Notes under the pieces: model-generated | Databases searched by the model: none | Told to the model about the DNA's origin: nothing | The model's input: only the letters and a program-made list of their open reading frames with translations | NCBI GenBank assembly: GCA_963845565.1 | Contig: CAWJSJ010000002.1 | Coordinates: 448,001 to 512,000 of the forward strand | DNA from: an uncultured Methylomirabilota bacterium | GTDB lineage: Bacteria; Methylomirabilota; Methylomirabilia; Methylomirabilales; 2-02-FULL-66-22 | Direction of reading: 5' to 3' | Length of the DNA: 64,000 bases | Shown: in pieces, positions 34,107 to 43,807 of the stretch | Layout of the letters: every line of letters starts with the position of its first letter | How positions within the stretch are numbered: the stretch's first letter is position 1 | Translations under genes and position numbers: made by a program

Positions 34107-34580
34107 GTGAAAAACATCTTGGATGCCACCGACCGGGCGACCGACGTCCTCTGCCTCATCCTCATGAGCGTCGGCTTCGTGATCACCTTTTTCCACATCA
34201 TCGGGCGATACATCCTCAAGGCGCCGATTTTCTACTCCGAGGAGCTGGCTCGCTACTGCTTCATTTGGGCGTGCATGCTCGGGGCGTCGGTCGTCAATCG
34301 AATGGACGAGCACACCAGCGTCAACTACTTCACCACGTTCCTGCCGAAGCGTGCCCAGGGATGGTTGTATATCGGCCGCCAGATTGCCATCCTGCTCCTA
34401 CTGGCGGCGCTGATCTATTACGGCGTCGCCCTCTCGATTAAGATGAACACGGTCCACTCGGCGGCGCTGGACATCTCCTGGTCATACATCTACATGGCGC
34501 TTCCGGTCGGCTCGCTGCTCTTGATCCTCACGACACTCAGGCTCATCGCCGCCAAGGGGCGGGAACTCAAAACGCTGTAA
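34107..34580 (+). CDS. dctQ: TRAP small permease
   Basis: GTG start; RY...SEELARYCFIW...EHTSV; four TM segments. Confidence 0.88.
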   Translation: MKNILDATDRATDVLCLILMSVGFVITFFHIIGRYILKAPIFYSEELARYCFIWACMLGASVVNRMDEHTSVNYFTTFLPKRAQGWLYIGRQIAILLLLAALIYYGVALSIKMNTVHSAALDISWSYIYMALPVGSLLLILTTLRLIAAKGRELKTL

Positions 34581-34593
34581 GAGGGATCTCGCC

Positions 34594-35865
34594 ATGCTGT
34601 TTCTCATCGGAGGATTCCTGCTGTTGGTCGTCCTGGGATTCCCGATCGTGTTTTCGCTCGCCATCACCTCGCTGCTCTATCTGGCCGTGTTCGACATTCC
34701 GGTCATCACCATGGCCCAGAAGATGATCTCCGGCATCGACACGTACGCCCTGCTGGCGGTGCCGTTCTTCATCCTGGCCGGCAATCTGATGAACACGGGG
34801 GGCGTGACCCGGCGGCTCTTCCGTTTCGCCTCGGCCATGGTCGGCCACATCCCGGGCGGCCTGGGGCACGCCAACGTCCTGGCAAGCATGATCTTCGCCG
34901 GCATGTCGGGCGCGGCCATCGCCGACGCGGGCGGCCTGGGAACCATCGAGATCAAGGCCATGCGCGACGAAGGCTTCGACATCGGCTTCTCGGCTGCGGT
35001 CACGGCCGCGTCATCGACAATCGGTCCGATCATTCCGCCCAGCATTCCCATGGTCATCTACGCCTCGATCGCCAGCGTGTCGGTCGGCAAGCTCTTCCTT
35101 GCCGGTGCCGTGCCGGGTATCCTGATGGGCTTGGCGCTCATGATCATGATCTACTTCGTGGCCAAGAAGCGGAGTTATCCGGTACACGCCGCATTCAGCG
35201 TCAAGGAGGCCGTGTTCTCCTTCGTCGACGGTTTCCTGCCGCTGCTCACCCCGGTGATCATCCTGGGCGGCATCCTAGGCGGCGTATTCAGCCCGACTGA
35301 GGCGGCCATCGTGGCTTCGACCTGGGCGCTTGTCCTTGGCATGCTGGTGTACAGGGAGATCAAGTTCCGGGACCTCATCCCCGTTGTCATGGACACCATC
35401 AAGACGACCAGCATGGTGGTCTACATCATCTCGGCCGCCGCCATCTTCGGCTGGCTGCTCGGCCGCGAGCAAGTCCCCCAGAGTGTGGCCCAACTGCTCT
35501 TCTCGATCTCAAAAGACCCCAATGTCATCTTACTTATCATTATCATCTTCCTGCTGATCATCGGCTGTGTCATGGAGACCACGGCGGCACTGATTTTGCT
35601 CACGCCCATCCTGGTTCCGCCCGTGATCCAACTCGGCATCGATCCGGTCCACTTCGGCCTGGTGATGGTCCTCGCTCTGATGATCGGCCTCCTGACCCCG
35701 CCGGTGGGGGTAGTGCTGTATATTACCTCGAGCATCGCCAAGATCTCTTTCGAGGAGATGTCGCGCGTGACCGCGCCGTATCTGATCCCCCTCGTGATCG
35801 TGCTGCTCATCTCGGCCTTTATCCCGGCCGTGACGATGACTCTGCCGAATCTCTTGATCCGGTAA
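34594..35865 (+). CDS. dctM: TRAP large permease
   Basis: LLAVPFFILAG, FAGMSGAAIAD, IIPPSIP, PTEA, IDPVHFG, TPPVG. Confidence 0.94.
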   Translation: MLFLIGGFLLLVVLGFPIVFSLAITSLLYLAVFDIPVITMAQKMISGIDTYALLAVPFFILAGNLMNTGGVTRRLFRFASAMVGHIPGGLGHANVLASMIFAGMSGAAIADAGGLGTIEIKAMRDEGFDIGFSAAVTAASSTIGPIIPPSIPMVIYASIASVSVGKLFLAGAVPGILMGLALMIMIYFVAKKRSYPVHAAFSVKEAVFSFVDGFLPLLTPVIILGGILGGVFSPTEAAIVASTWALVLGMLVYREIKFRDLIPVVMDTIKTTSMVVYIISAAAIFGWLLGREQVPQSVAQLLFSISKDPNVILLIIIIFLLIIGCVMETTAALILLTPILVPPVIQLGIDPVHFGLVMVLALMIGLLTPPVGVVLYITSSIAKISFEEMSRVTAPYLIPLVIVLLISAFIPAVTMTLPNLLIR

Positions 35866-36131
35866 GGCTGTGGGGCGCTTGTCCGATACCGATTCCCGTG
35901 GGCGAGATCTCCACCAGCCCCAGGAGGGGAATCGCCGACAACGGCAGGAGGATGGCGCAACCCAGGGGTGTGGGCACTGTGGCGGCACGTGAAGTCAGGG
36001 CGTTCCGGGAAATCACGACGAACATCAACGACCGGTCCGATCAATCTTGACCACGAGTGAGCCTGCGGCCTCCTATCTCCTTTGTGGAAGTCCGCTGCCC
36101 TTGTGGCCGGTCGCAGAGCGAGGAGCCGGAC

Positions 36132-37190
36132 ATGAACAGTCGCGAGCGTTACACGCGGGCGATCACCTTCTCCGGACCGGACCGGGTCCCCGTCATGCAT
36201 CGCACGATCCCGGGCGCCTTCCGCCGCCACGGCGGAAGGCTGGAGGCCTTGTACGAGCGGTATCCCAGCGATGTGCTCCTCTCTCCGTCCACGCGTGCCT
36301 GGTTCGCCTTCAAGCGCGGCGTCGTGGAGTCAAGCGGAGCGCTCAAGGGCGTGACCGATGAGTGGGGCTGCGTCTGGGACAGCCTGAACGACGACTACCT
36401 GGGGCAGGTATTCGGTCACCCGTTGGACGACTGGGAGAAGTGGACCGGCTTCAAGTCGCCGGAACCCACGGTGGGCATCGCGGGCGTCCATGAGATGGTG
36501 GAGGCGGTGAAGGCGGACAGGCACCAACACTATTGCCTGATCGAGGTCGGCACCCTGTGGCACCTGACCAACTGGCTGCGCGGTTTCGAGAACTCGCTCG
36601 TGGATGTGGTCGAGGACCGGCCCGAGATGTACGAGCTCCGCGACCGGATCACCGATTTTCTGCTGAAGCGGGTCGAGATCCTGCTGCGCCATCGGGAGCA
36701 TATCGACGGCATCCTGGTGAACGACGACTGGGGAACCCAGGAGACCCTGATGATCCGCCCCGAGTACTGGCGGAAGGTGTACAAACCCGCGTACGCGAAG
36801 ATCGTGGCGGCCATCAAGAGCGGTGGGTGCTTTGCCCACCTCCATTCGGACGGCGTCACGGATGCGATCATGGACGACCTCATCGAGATCGGCTTTGACG
36901 AACTGAATCCACAGATGTCCTGCATGGACGTCGAATCAGTGGGGCGCCGCTTCGGCGGGCGCGTCTGCTTCCGGGCGGACATGGACCGGCAGTATGTGCT
37001 GCCGTTCGGAACGCCTGCCGACGTCTCTGCCTTGGTGGAGCAACTCGCGACCGCCTTTGGCTCCAAACGGGGCGGCTACATCGGCTACGGCCAGATCAAC
37101 ACCGACGTACCCATCGAGAATGCCGAGGCCATGTTGGCGGCGTTTGCAGGCATCCGGTTCCCGGCGGGAGGCGCGCCGGCCTCGAATTAG
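36132..37190 (+). CDS. Uroporphyrinogen decarboxylase/MtaA-CmuA superfamily protein (putative corrinoid methyltransferase)
   Basis: MNSRER...PDRVP, DEWG, LRGFEN, DDWGTQ, HSDG, LPFGTP, VPIEN. Confidence 0.85.
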   Translation: MNSRERYTRAITFSGPDRVPVMHRTIPGAFRRHGGRLEALYERYPSDVLLSPSTRAWFAFKRGVVESSGALKGVTDEWGCVWDSLNDDYLGQVFGHPLDDWEKWTGFKSPEPTVGIAGVHEMVEAVKADRHQHYCLIEVGTLWHLTNWLRGFENSLVDVVEDRPEMYELRDRITDFLLKRVEILLRHREHIDGILVNDDWGTQETLMIRPEYWRKVYKPAYAKIVAAIKSGGCFAHLHSDGVTDAIMDDLIEIGFDELNPQMSCMDVESVGRRFGGRVCFRADMDRQYVLPFGTPADVSALVEQLATAFGSKRGGYIGYGQINTDVPIENAEAMLAAFAGIRFPAGGAPASN

Positions 37191-37339
37191 ACCGGCCCGC
37201 CCACTGAATCGTATTCCGCGCTTGCCGAACGGGTGCTTCCAGACTAGACTTCGCGAACCTGGTCTGCGAAACGCGCGTCATCGGTGCAGATCCCGGCGGC
37301 CTCCGCGGGGAAACACGAGAACCCAGTCGGGGTGTAGGC

Positions 37340-38464
37340 ATGACCAACCGTGAGCGTATCCTCGCCGTCCTCGACAAGAAGAGCCCGGACCGTGTTCCTT
37401 GGATCGCCCGGCTGGACCTGTGGTACCACGCGCGCCTCGCCGAGGGGAACCTGCCGACCCGGTTTCGGGGGATGAATCTCGTTGAGGTTGGACGCGCGCT
37501 TCGCACGGGCAACCCCGCCCGAGACGGCAAGATCTTCAACGTCCGCTACGAGGGCCTGGAGGTCCGCCAAGAGCGGGCGCCCGGCGTGGCGCGCCAGCGC
37601 TTCATCACGCCGCATGGGGAGGTCACCTTCGGGCGCATCCTCAGCGAGACAGTGTCTGGGACGACGGATCAAGGCCTGCCGCTGGAGCACCCGATCCATT
37701 CGGTAGAGGACTACAAGGTCCTGGAGTACATCGCCGAGCACACCTACTACGACCCCTGCTACAACGACTACCTGGCCTACGAGGCCGCGGTGGGAGACGA
37801 GGGATACCCCATGGTCTCGTGCGGGGACGTCCCGTTCCATTACTTCCTCCTGCACCTCGCCGGGTACAATCAGGCCTATTTCGAGATGGTGGATCATGCC
37901 GAGGAATTCGAGCACCTCATCGCCCTGATGGAGCAGGTCGACCGGGAGCGGCTGTGGCCCGTGGTCGCTGACTCGCCGGCGCGCCTCATCTTGCACGGGG
38001 TCCACTTCGACTCGCAAATGACGCCACCCCACATGTTCCGCAAGTACATGACCCCGTACTACAAGGACTTCAGCGCGTTGCTCCATGCGCGGGGGAAATC
38101 GCTGGTCTGGCACGCGGACGATGACTCCAAGGACATCCTGGCCGAGGTCAAGGACGCCGGTTTCGACATGTCCGAGTGCTTCTGCACGGCGCCCATGGTC
38201 GAGGTCACGCTGGAAGAAGCGCGAGCCGCCTGGAAAGGCGACGTCGCCATCTTCGGCGGCGTACCCTCCATCATCTTGGAGCCCACGTTCCCCGAAGTGG
38301 AGTTCGAGGAATACATGCGCGGCGTGTTCCGGACCATTGCGCCGGGTGACGCGTTCATCCTCGGCGTGGCGGATAACGTGATGCCGACCTCGATCATCGA
38401 GCGAGTGGAGCGGATTTCTGACCTCGTGGAACGACACGCAGCGTACCCGATCCAACCATACTGA
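37340..38464 (+). CDS. URO-D/MtaA superfamily protein (divergent)
   Basis: MTNRERILAVL..PDRVPW, FRKYMTPYY, HADD, IFGGVPS, FILGVADNV. Confidence 0.8.
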   Translation: MTNRERILAVLDKKSPDRVPWIARLDLWYHARLAEGNLPTRFRGMNLVEVGRALRTGNPARDGKIFNVRYEGLEVRQERAPGVARQRFITPHGEVTFGRILSETVSGTTDQGLPLEHPIHSVEDYKVLEYIAEHTYYDPCYNDYLAYEAAVGDEGYPMVSCGDVPFHYFLLHLAGYNQAYFEMVDHAEEFEHLIALMEQVDRERLWPVVADSPARLILHGVHFDSQMTPPHMFRKYMTPYYKDFSALLHARGKSLVWHADDDSKDILAEVKDAGFDMSECFCTAPMVEVTLEEARAAWKGDVAIFGGVPSIILEPTFPEVEFEEYMRGVFRTIAPGDAFILGVADNVMPTSIIERVERISDLVERHAAYPIQPY

Positions 38465-38535
38465 CGCTGCCCGCAGCCGGGCGGACTGACTGAGCGACCG
38501 GTAGTGCAACTCCCCCCAACGTCAAGGAGGATCCC

Positions 38536-39171
38536 ATGGCCGACTACGATGGATTGAAGCAAGCCGTGATCAGCGGGAAGGTGGCCCAGGTCAAGGAGCT
38601 GACCCAGAAGGCCCTCGACGAAGGCCGGAATTGCCAGGAGGTGCTGGACCAGGGCCTGATCCCGGCCATGGATATCGTGGGCGAGAAGTTCTCCTGCCAC
38701 GAGTTCTACATCCCCGAGATGCTGATCGCCGCCCGGGCCATGCAGGCCGGCATCGGTCTCCTGAAGCCCCTCCTCGCCGCCCAGGGCGGGAAGCCCCGCG
38801 GCAAGGTGGTCATCGGGACCGTGAAGGGGGACCTCCACGACATCGGCAAGAACCTGGTCGGCCTCATGCTCCAGGGCAGCGGCTTCGAGGTGGTGGATCT
38901 CGGCGCCGACGTGAAGCCCGAGCGGTTCGTGGAGGCGGTCAAGACCAGCCAGCCCCACTTCGTGATGATGAGCGCGCTGCTCACCACCACCATGCTGTCC
39001 ATGAAGGACACCGTGGAAGCCCTCAAGGCCGCCAACCTGCGCACCGCGGTCAAGGTGGCCGTGGGCGGCGCCCCGGTGACCCAGCGCTTCTGCGACGAGA
39101 TCGGGGCCGACTTCTATGCCGCCAACGCCACCGGCGCCGTCACCAAGGCGAAGGAGCTGCTGCCGGTCTAG
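38536..39171 (+). CDS. Corrinoid (B12-binding) protein, MtaC/MetH cap plus cobalamin-binding type
   Basis: Cap domain GLIPAMDIVG...PEMLIAARAM; GTVKGDLHDIGKNLV (DxHxxG), SALLTTTM, GGAPVT. Confidence 0.93.
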   Translation: MADYDGLKQAVISGKVAQVKELTQKALDEGRNCQEVLDQGLIPAMDIVGEKFSCHEFYIPEMLIAARAMQAGIGLLKPLLAAQGGKPRGKVVIGTVKGDLHDIGKNLVGLMLQGSGFEVVDLGADVKPERFVEAVKTSQPHFVMMSALLTTTMLSMKDTVEALKAANLRTAVKVAVGGAPVTQRFCDEIGADFYAANATGAVTKAKELLPV

Positions 39172-39311
39172 CAGGCTGCTGAACAAGGCCCATCTGCGGC
39201 GTTGACCCGCCTCGCCGCTCGCTGCGGCGTACCTCGTACGCCTCTCACTCGGCCTCGGGTACATCCGAGGACGGGGTGCCGCCTTGCATCTGGACCTTTT
39301 TGAGCAGCCTG
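39172..39311. mobile_element. MITE/REP-like element, copy 1
   Basis: Terminal IR CAGGCTGCTGAACAAGG / CCTTTTTGAGCAGCCTG; internal GCGTAC..GTACGC hairpin; homologous to 58520-58642. Confidence 0.7.
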
Positions 39312-39367
39312 AGTAGGAACGAGCTCTCCAGCGGGCGCTAGAGCCGAGCGCTAACAAGGGGACAACC

Positions 39368-40429
39368 ATGATCGAACCGAATTTCGAGCGGTTCCGGACG
39401 ATGCTCCTGCGTCGCGGGGAGCCCGACCGGGTTCCCCTGGGTGATATCAGCGTCCACCCCATGCTGAAGGCCGGGGTGCTGGGCCGTCCGGTCCGCACCC
39501 CGGAGGACGAGGTCGCCTTCTGGGCCACGGCCGGTTTCGACTACGTCCCCATCGAGCAGGGGTTGCAGCTCACGGACGTGATCAAGCGGCAGTCCATGCA
39601 CGAGGTCGAGGCCCAGTACGCCGCGGATACCGCCGACACCCAGGTCCGCTCGTGGGCGACCGAAGGCAAGGGCCTGATCGCCACCCGCGCCGATCTCGAC
39701 GCGTTTCGCTGGCCCGACCCCGATGCCCTCGACTACGGCGCCTTCGAGCGCCTCGCGCCCCTCCTCCCGCCGAAGATGAAGGTCTTTGCTGTGGTGGGGA
39801 AGGTCTTCACCTGCGTGTCGTGGTTGATGGGCCTGGAGGGCCTGAGCTTCGCCCTCGCCGACGATCCCGAGCTGGTCGCCACGATCTGCGAACGAGTGGG
39901 ACGGTTTCAGCACCGGGTCGTCGAGACCCTCTTGCGCTACGACACGGTCGGCGCCCTCTGGCACGCCGACGACATCGCCTTCAAGACCCAACTCCTGGTG
40001 AGTCCTCGGCTCCTCCGAAGCCACGTGTTCCCTTGGTACACGGAAATGAACCGGATGGCGCATGCCAAGGGCGTGCCGGTGGTCTATCACAGCGATGGCG
40101 CGCTCCAGGAAGTGGTGGAGGACATCATTGGCTGCGGCTTCGACGGCCTGAACCCCATCGAGCCGCCGGCCATGGACATCACCGCCGTCAAGCGGCAATT
40201 CGGGAAGCGAATCGCCATCATCGGCAACATCGACCTCGGCTACACGTTGACGCGCGGCACCCCCGCCGAGGTCCGGGCCGAGGTCCGCCAGCGCATCCGC
40301 GACCTCGCCCCGGGCGGCGGCTATGCCGTGTCGTCCAGCAACTCGGTCCCGGAGTACGTCCCGCTGGCAAACTTCAACGCCATGCGCGAGGCAACGTTCG
40401 AATTCGGGCGGTATCCGATCACGGCGTAA
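39368..40429 (+). CDS. URO-D/MtaA superfamily protein
   Basis: PNFERF...EPDRVP, WPDP, LMGLE, ADDIAFK, HSDG, IGNID, GTPAEV, APGGGY, SNSV. Confidence 0.85.
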   Translation: MIEPNFERFRTMLLRRGEPDRVPLGDISVHPMLKAGVLGRPVRTPEDEVAFWATAGFDYVPIEQGLQLTDVIKRQSMHEVEAQYAADTADTQVRSWATEGKGLIATRADLDAFRWPDPDALDYGAFERLAPLLPPKMKVFAVVGKVFTCVSWLMGLEGLSFALADDPELVATICERVGRFQHRVVETLLRYDTVGALWHADDIAFKTQLLVSPRLLRSHVFPWYTEMNRMAHAKGVPVVYHSDGALQEVVEDIIGCGFDGLNPIEPPAMDITAVKRQFGKRIAIIGNIDLGYTLTRGTPAEVRAEVRQRIRDLAPGGGYAVSSSNSVPEYVPLANFNAMREATFEFGRYPITA

Positions 40430-40464
40430 GCGTGCGGATGCGTCCGCACCACGGAGGGAAGGTC

Positions 40465-41466
40465 ATGAGCAGATCGCGGCTGGTATTCGTGGGAGTCCTT
40501 CTTGCGGTCGCCGTCGCAGCGGGCATGATTGCCGTCCCCGCCCCTGCCCCGGCCGCCGAATTCGTCATCAAGCTCGGGCACGTGCTACCCACCAACGAGC
40601 CGATCCATCAGGCGAACGAGCGCATGGCGCAGCGGGTCAAGGAGAAGACCAAGGGCCGAGTCGAGATCCAGGTCTTTCCCGCGTCCCAGATCGGCTCTAA
40701 CCGGGACACCTACGAACAGGCGCGCATGGGCGCCCCCGTGATCTGTCACATCGACCCGGGCTATGCCGCCGAGCTGGGGGATCTCGACATCGCCATCATG
40801 AACGGGCCGTTCCTGTTCGAGAGCTGGGACCAGGCCAAGAAGGTCCTGTCCTCTCCGCTGGTCGGCGCGATGAACCAGAACCTCTTGAAGAATGGGAAGA
40901 TCCGGGTCCTCTCCTGGGGCTACTACTTCGGCCAGCGCCACATCATCAGCGACAAGGGGTATCCGACGCCGGCGGACATCAAGGGCAAGAAGGTCCGCGT
41001 CCCGCCAAACGTGATGTGGGTCGAGACCTTCAAGGCCATGGGTGCCGTCCCCACGCCGCTCCAGTGGGCCGAGGTCTATCAGGGGCTAGGCCAGGGCGTC
41101 GTGGATGCCGCCGAGGCGCCGCTTTCCACCCTGCTGGGGTCGAAGCTCCATGAAGTGAAGAAAGTGATCACCCTGACCGGCCACTTCAAGGCGGTTGTGG
41201 GCCTGGCCATCGGCGAACAGTATTTCCAGAGTCTCCCCAAGGACATCCAGCAACTCCTTATCGAGGAGGCCGAGGAGAACGGCCGCTGGGTGTCGCCCAT
41301 CACGATCCAGAAGGAAGACGAATTCAAGCAGGCCCTCGCCAAGGGCGGCGTGACGTTCGTCCAGGCCGATACCGAGGCCTATCGGAAAGCCACCCTCGCG
41401 ACCTACCAGGCGTTCCCCAAGTGGACCCCTGGGTTGTACGAAAAGGTCCAGGCGGCCATGAAGTAA
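40465..41466 (+). CDS. dctP: TRAP transporter substrate-binding protein
   Basis: Signal peptide, FPASQIG, DIKGKKVRVP, WAEVYQGL..GVVDAAE. Confidence 0.92.
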   Translation: MSRSRLVFVGVLLAVAVAAGMIAVPAPAPAAEFVIKLGHVLPTNEPIHQANERMAQRVKEKTKGRVEIQVFPASQIGSNRDTYEQARMGAPVICHIDPGYAAELGDLDIAIMNGPFLFESWDQAKKVLSSPLVGAMNQNLLKNGKIRVLSWGYYFGQRHIISDKGYPTPADIKGKKVRVPPNVMWVETFKAMGAVPTPLQWAEVYQGLGQGVVDAAEAPLSTLLGSKLHEVKKVITLTGHFKAVVGLAIGEQYFQSLPKDIQQLLIEEAEENGRWVSPITIQKEDEFKQALAKGGVTFVQADTEAYRKATLATYQAFPKWTPGLYEKVQAAMK

Positions 41467-41467
41467 G

Positions 41468-42037
41468 ATGGCGGCATCCTCAAGTCCCGCCCTTTCCCCC
41501 CAGCACCCCGGGTTTTCCCCGGGGTGCTGGGGGTTTCTTCCGCTGCTCTTCCACCGCTTCGAGGAGATTGTCGGCGGGGCCGCCTTCGTCGCCATGACAG
41601 TGATGGTGTTCGTCAACGTCGTCTGCCGTTATGTCTTCGATAGCCCCATCGCCGGCTCCGACGAACTCGCGACTCTTGCCTTCACCTGGGCCACGTTCCT
41701 GGGCGCGAGCCTCGGCATCAAACGACAGATCCACTTGGGGATCGAGTTCGTCACGCGGCTCTTTCCGCTGCGCCTCCAGGCGCTGTGCGGGGTCATCGTG
41801 TCGGTGCTGGTCGCGGTCTTTGCCATGCTCCTGCTGGTCTATAGCTGGCAGATCATGCGCAGCGCGCATTTGAAAGTCACGCCGGTCCTCCAGTGGCCGT
41901 ATACCATCGTGTATCTCGCGGTTCCCGTCGGCGCCCTGCTCATGCTCCTGCGGCTCGCGCCTGTCGTCCGGGCGCAGGTCCGGCTCCTGTCCGGGCGGGG
42001 CGAGCGCACATCGTCCGCGGAGGCGGTTCCGCTATGA
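41468..42037 (+). CDS. dctQ: TRAP small permease
   Basis: FEEIV...NVVCRY...SDELATLAFTW..FLGAS...HLGIE. Confidence 0.85.
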   Translation: MAASSSPALSPQHPGFSPGCWGFLPLLFHRFEEIVGGAAFVAMTVMVFVNVVCRYVFDSPIAGSDELATLAFTWATFLGASLGIKRQIHLGIEFVTRLFPLRLQALCGVIVSVLVAVFAMLLLVYSWQIMRSAHLKVTPVLQWPYTIVYLAVPVGALLMLLRLAPVVRAQVRLLSGRGERTSSAEAVPL

Positions 42038-43323
42038 CGATGAGCTTGGTCTTTGCCAGCATGGCCGGGCTTCTGGCCTTCGGTTTGCCCATCGCGTTTT
42101 CCCTCGGGTTGGCGGCGTGCGTCTTTTTCCTGAGCGCGCCGGGCGTCTCTCCGGCGTTCATGATTCAGCGCATGGTGGCCACGACCGAATCCTTCCCGCT
42201 GCTCGCCGTCCCGTTTTTTATTTTCGCGGGTGCCGTCATGACCCAGGGCGGGATCACGGAGCGGATCTTCGGCCTGGCGGACGCTCTCGTGGGCCACCGG
42301 GTGGGCGGGCTGGCCCAGGTCAATGTCCTGAACAGCGTCTTCATCGGGGGGATGTCCGGCTCGGGGAACGCCGACGCGGCGATTGACTCGAAGACGCTGG
42401 TCCCCGTGATGGTATCCAAGGGCTACAGCAAGCCCTTCGCGGCTGCCGTGACGGCGGCGTCCGGCGTCATCGCGCCCATCATTCCGCCGGGAATCGGAAT
42501 GTTGATCTACGGCTTCATCGCGGATGTGTCCGTGGGACGGCTTTTCATCGGCGGGATCGTGCCCGGACTCCTGCTCGCGCTTGGTCTCATGATCGTCGTG
42601 CATATCGTTTCGAAGCGCCGCGGGTACGGGCGGCAGCGAGGGCACCGCGTTCCGTTCCGCGAGGTGCTCGGCCATGTGCGGCACGCGGCGTGGGCGCTGA
42701 TGCTGCCCGTGCTGATCCTCGTCGGTCTGCGTTTCGGGGCCTTCACGCCGACCGAGGCCGGCGCCGTGGCCGCCGCCTACGCGGTGTTCGTGGGGATGGT
42801 CGTCTACCGGGAACTCCACTGGCGGGACCTGGGACCGATCGTGGCCGAATCGCTGGCGGCGACCGCAGTCGTCATGCTGATCCTGGCCACCGCCAACGCG
42901 CTCATGTGGGCCCTCACGTGGGAGCGGATCCCCATGCAGATGGCCCAGGCGCTTTTCGCCCTGTCGGACAATCCCTACGTGATCCTGTTGCTGATCAACA
43001 TCCTCCTGCTCTTCCTCGGCTGTGTGATGGAGGGAACGGCGATCCTGATCATCCTCACGCCGATCTTGGTTCCCGTCATCGTCAAGCTTGGCATCGATCC
43101 CGTTCATTTCGGTCTGGTCTTCGTCATCAACCTCACCATAGGCGCGGTCACGCCGCCGGTGGGGACGATTCTCTACACGGTCTGCTCCATCGTCGGGGTC
43201 ACGGTAGAGGAGTTCACTCGAGAGCTCTGGCCGTTCCTGATAGCCTTGGTGGCGGTCCTCTTCCTGGTGACCTACTTCCCGCCCACCGTGCTGTGGCTTC
43301 CGAACCTCGTGATGGGAAAATAG
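42034..43323 (+). CDS. dctM: TRAP large permease
   Basis: ATGA overlap; LLAVPFF, GGMSGSGNAD, IIPPGI, FTPTEA, IDPVHFG, TPPVG. Confidence 0.93.
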   Translation: MTMSLVFASMAGLLAFGLPIAFSLGLAACVFFLSAPGVSPAFMIQRMVATTESFPLLAVPFFIFAGAVMTQGGITERIFGLADALVGHRVGGLAQVNVLNSVFIGGMSGSGNADAAIDSKTLVPVMVSKGYSKPFAAAVTAASGVIAPIIPPGIGMLIYGFIADVSVGRLFIGGIVPGLLLALGLMIVVHIVSKRRGYGRQRGHRVPFREVLGHVRHAAWALMLPVLILVGLRFGAFTPTEAGAVAAAYAVFVGMVVYRELHWRDLGPIVAESLAATAVVMLILATANALMWALTWERIPMQMAQALFALSDNPYVILLLINILLLFLGCVMEGTAILIILTPILVPVIVKLGIDPVHFGLVFVINLTIGAVTPPVGTILYTVCSIVGVTVEEFTRELWPFLIALVAVLFLVTYFPPTVLWLPNLVMGK

Positions 43324-43377
43324 AGGCCGCGACGCGCCGCCTTGGCCCCGTTCTGGCCCGGCCGGTCCGGCACAGGT

Positions 43378-43489
43378 ACACCGTCAAGGTGTTCTGGATC
43401 TACGTCCTGGTCCTGCTGTCCGGCCTCCTCGTCGTCGCCTTCTTCCCCGCCATCACGCTGGTTGCCCCGAAACTCGTTCCGGTCAGCTA
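43378..43489 (+). repeat. 112-bp direct repeat, left copy (3' end of a dctM-like gene)
   Basis: Matches 59997-60108 with 2 mismatches; encodes TVKVFWIYVLVLLSGLLVVAFFPAITLVAPKLVPVS*. Confidence 0.9.
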
Positions 43490-43807
43490 GCCCCAACCCG
43501 AGACAACAGGGGCGAGGGCGTTTCGGATCGGAGTTGACCAGGTCAGGATTGGGGTGGACGAAATCGCCGGAAGTCGCGTGGCCATCGTTGGTTGCAGAAA
43601 ATGCTGTGAAATTCTTGGTACCTATGTGGACGCTTAAACGAAATGTGTCGCCGTTAGCTCACCCAGCCCGCGTCCCGTGCAGACTCGACCGGCTCGAGCA
43701 TCGCCTCGGCAAGATCATTGCCGAACTCGGGCACCTCCATGACCCCGCAATGTGAGCACAGATTGGCCGGTCAAGTGGAATGTAGCCATTGATCGAGACG
43801 CGGGGTG

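Noticed and set aside
36132..40429. Calling the URO-D proteins hemE (heme biosynthesis)
   Set aside because: They lack the HemE N-terminal WxMRQAGR motif and sit beside a corrinoid protein rather than hem genes
43491..43807. More AT-rich spacer at the left border of the acs block as an integrase or IS remnant
   Set aside because: No recognisable recombinase or transposase motif or terminal repeat by eye
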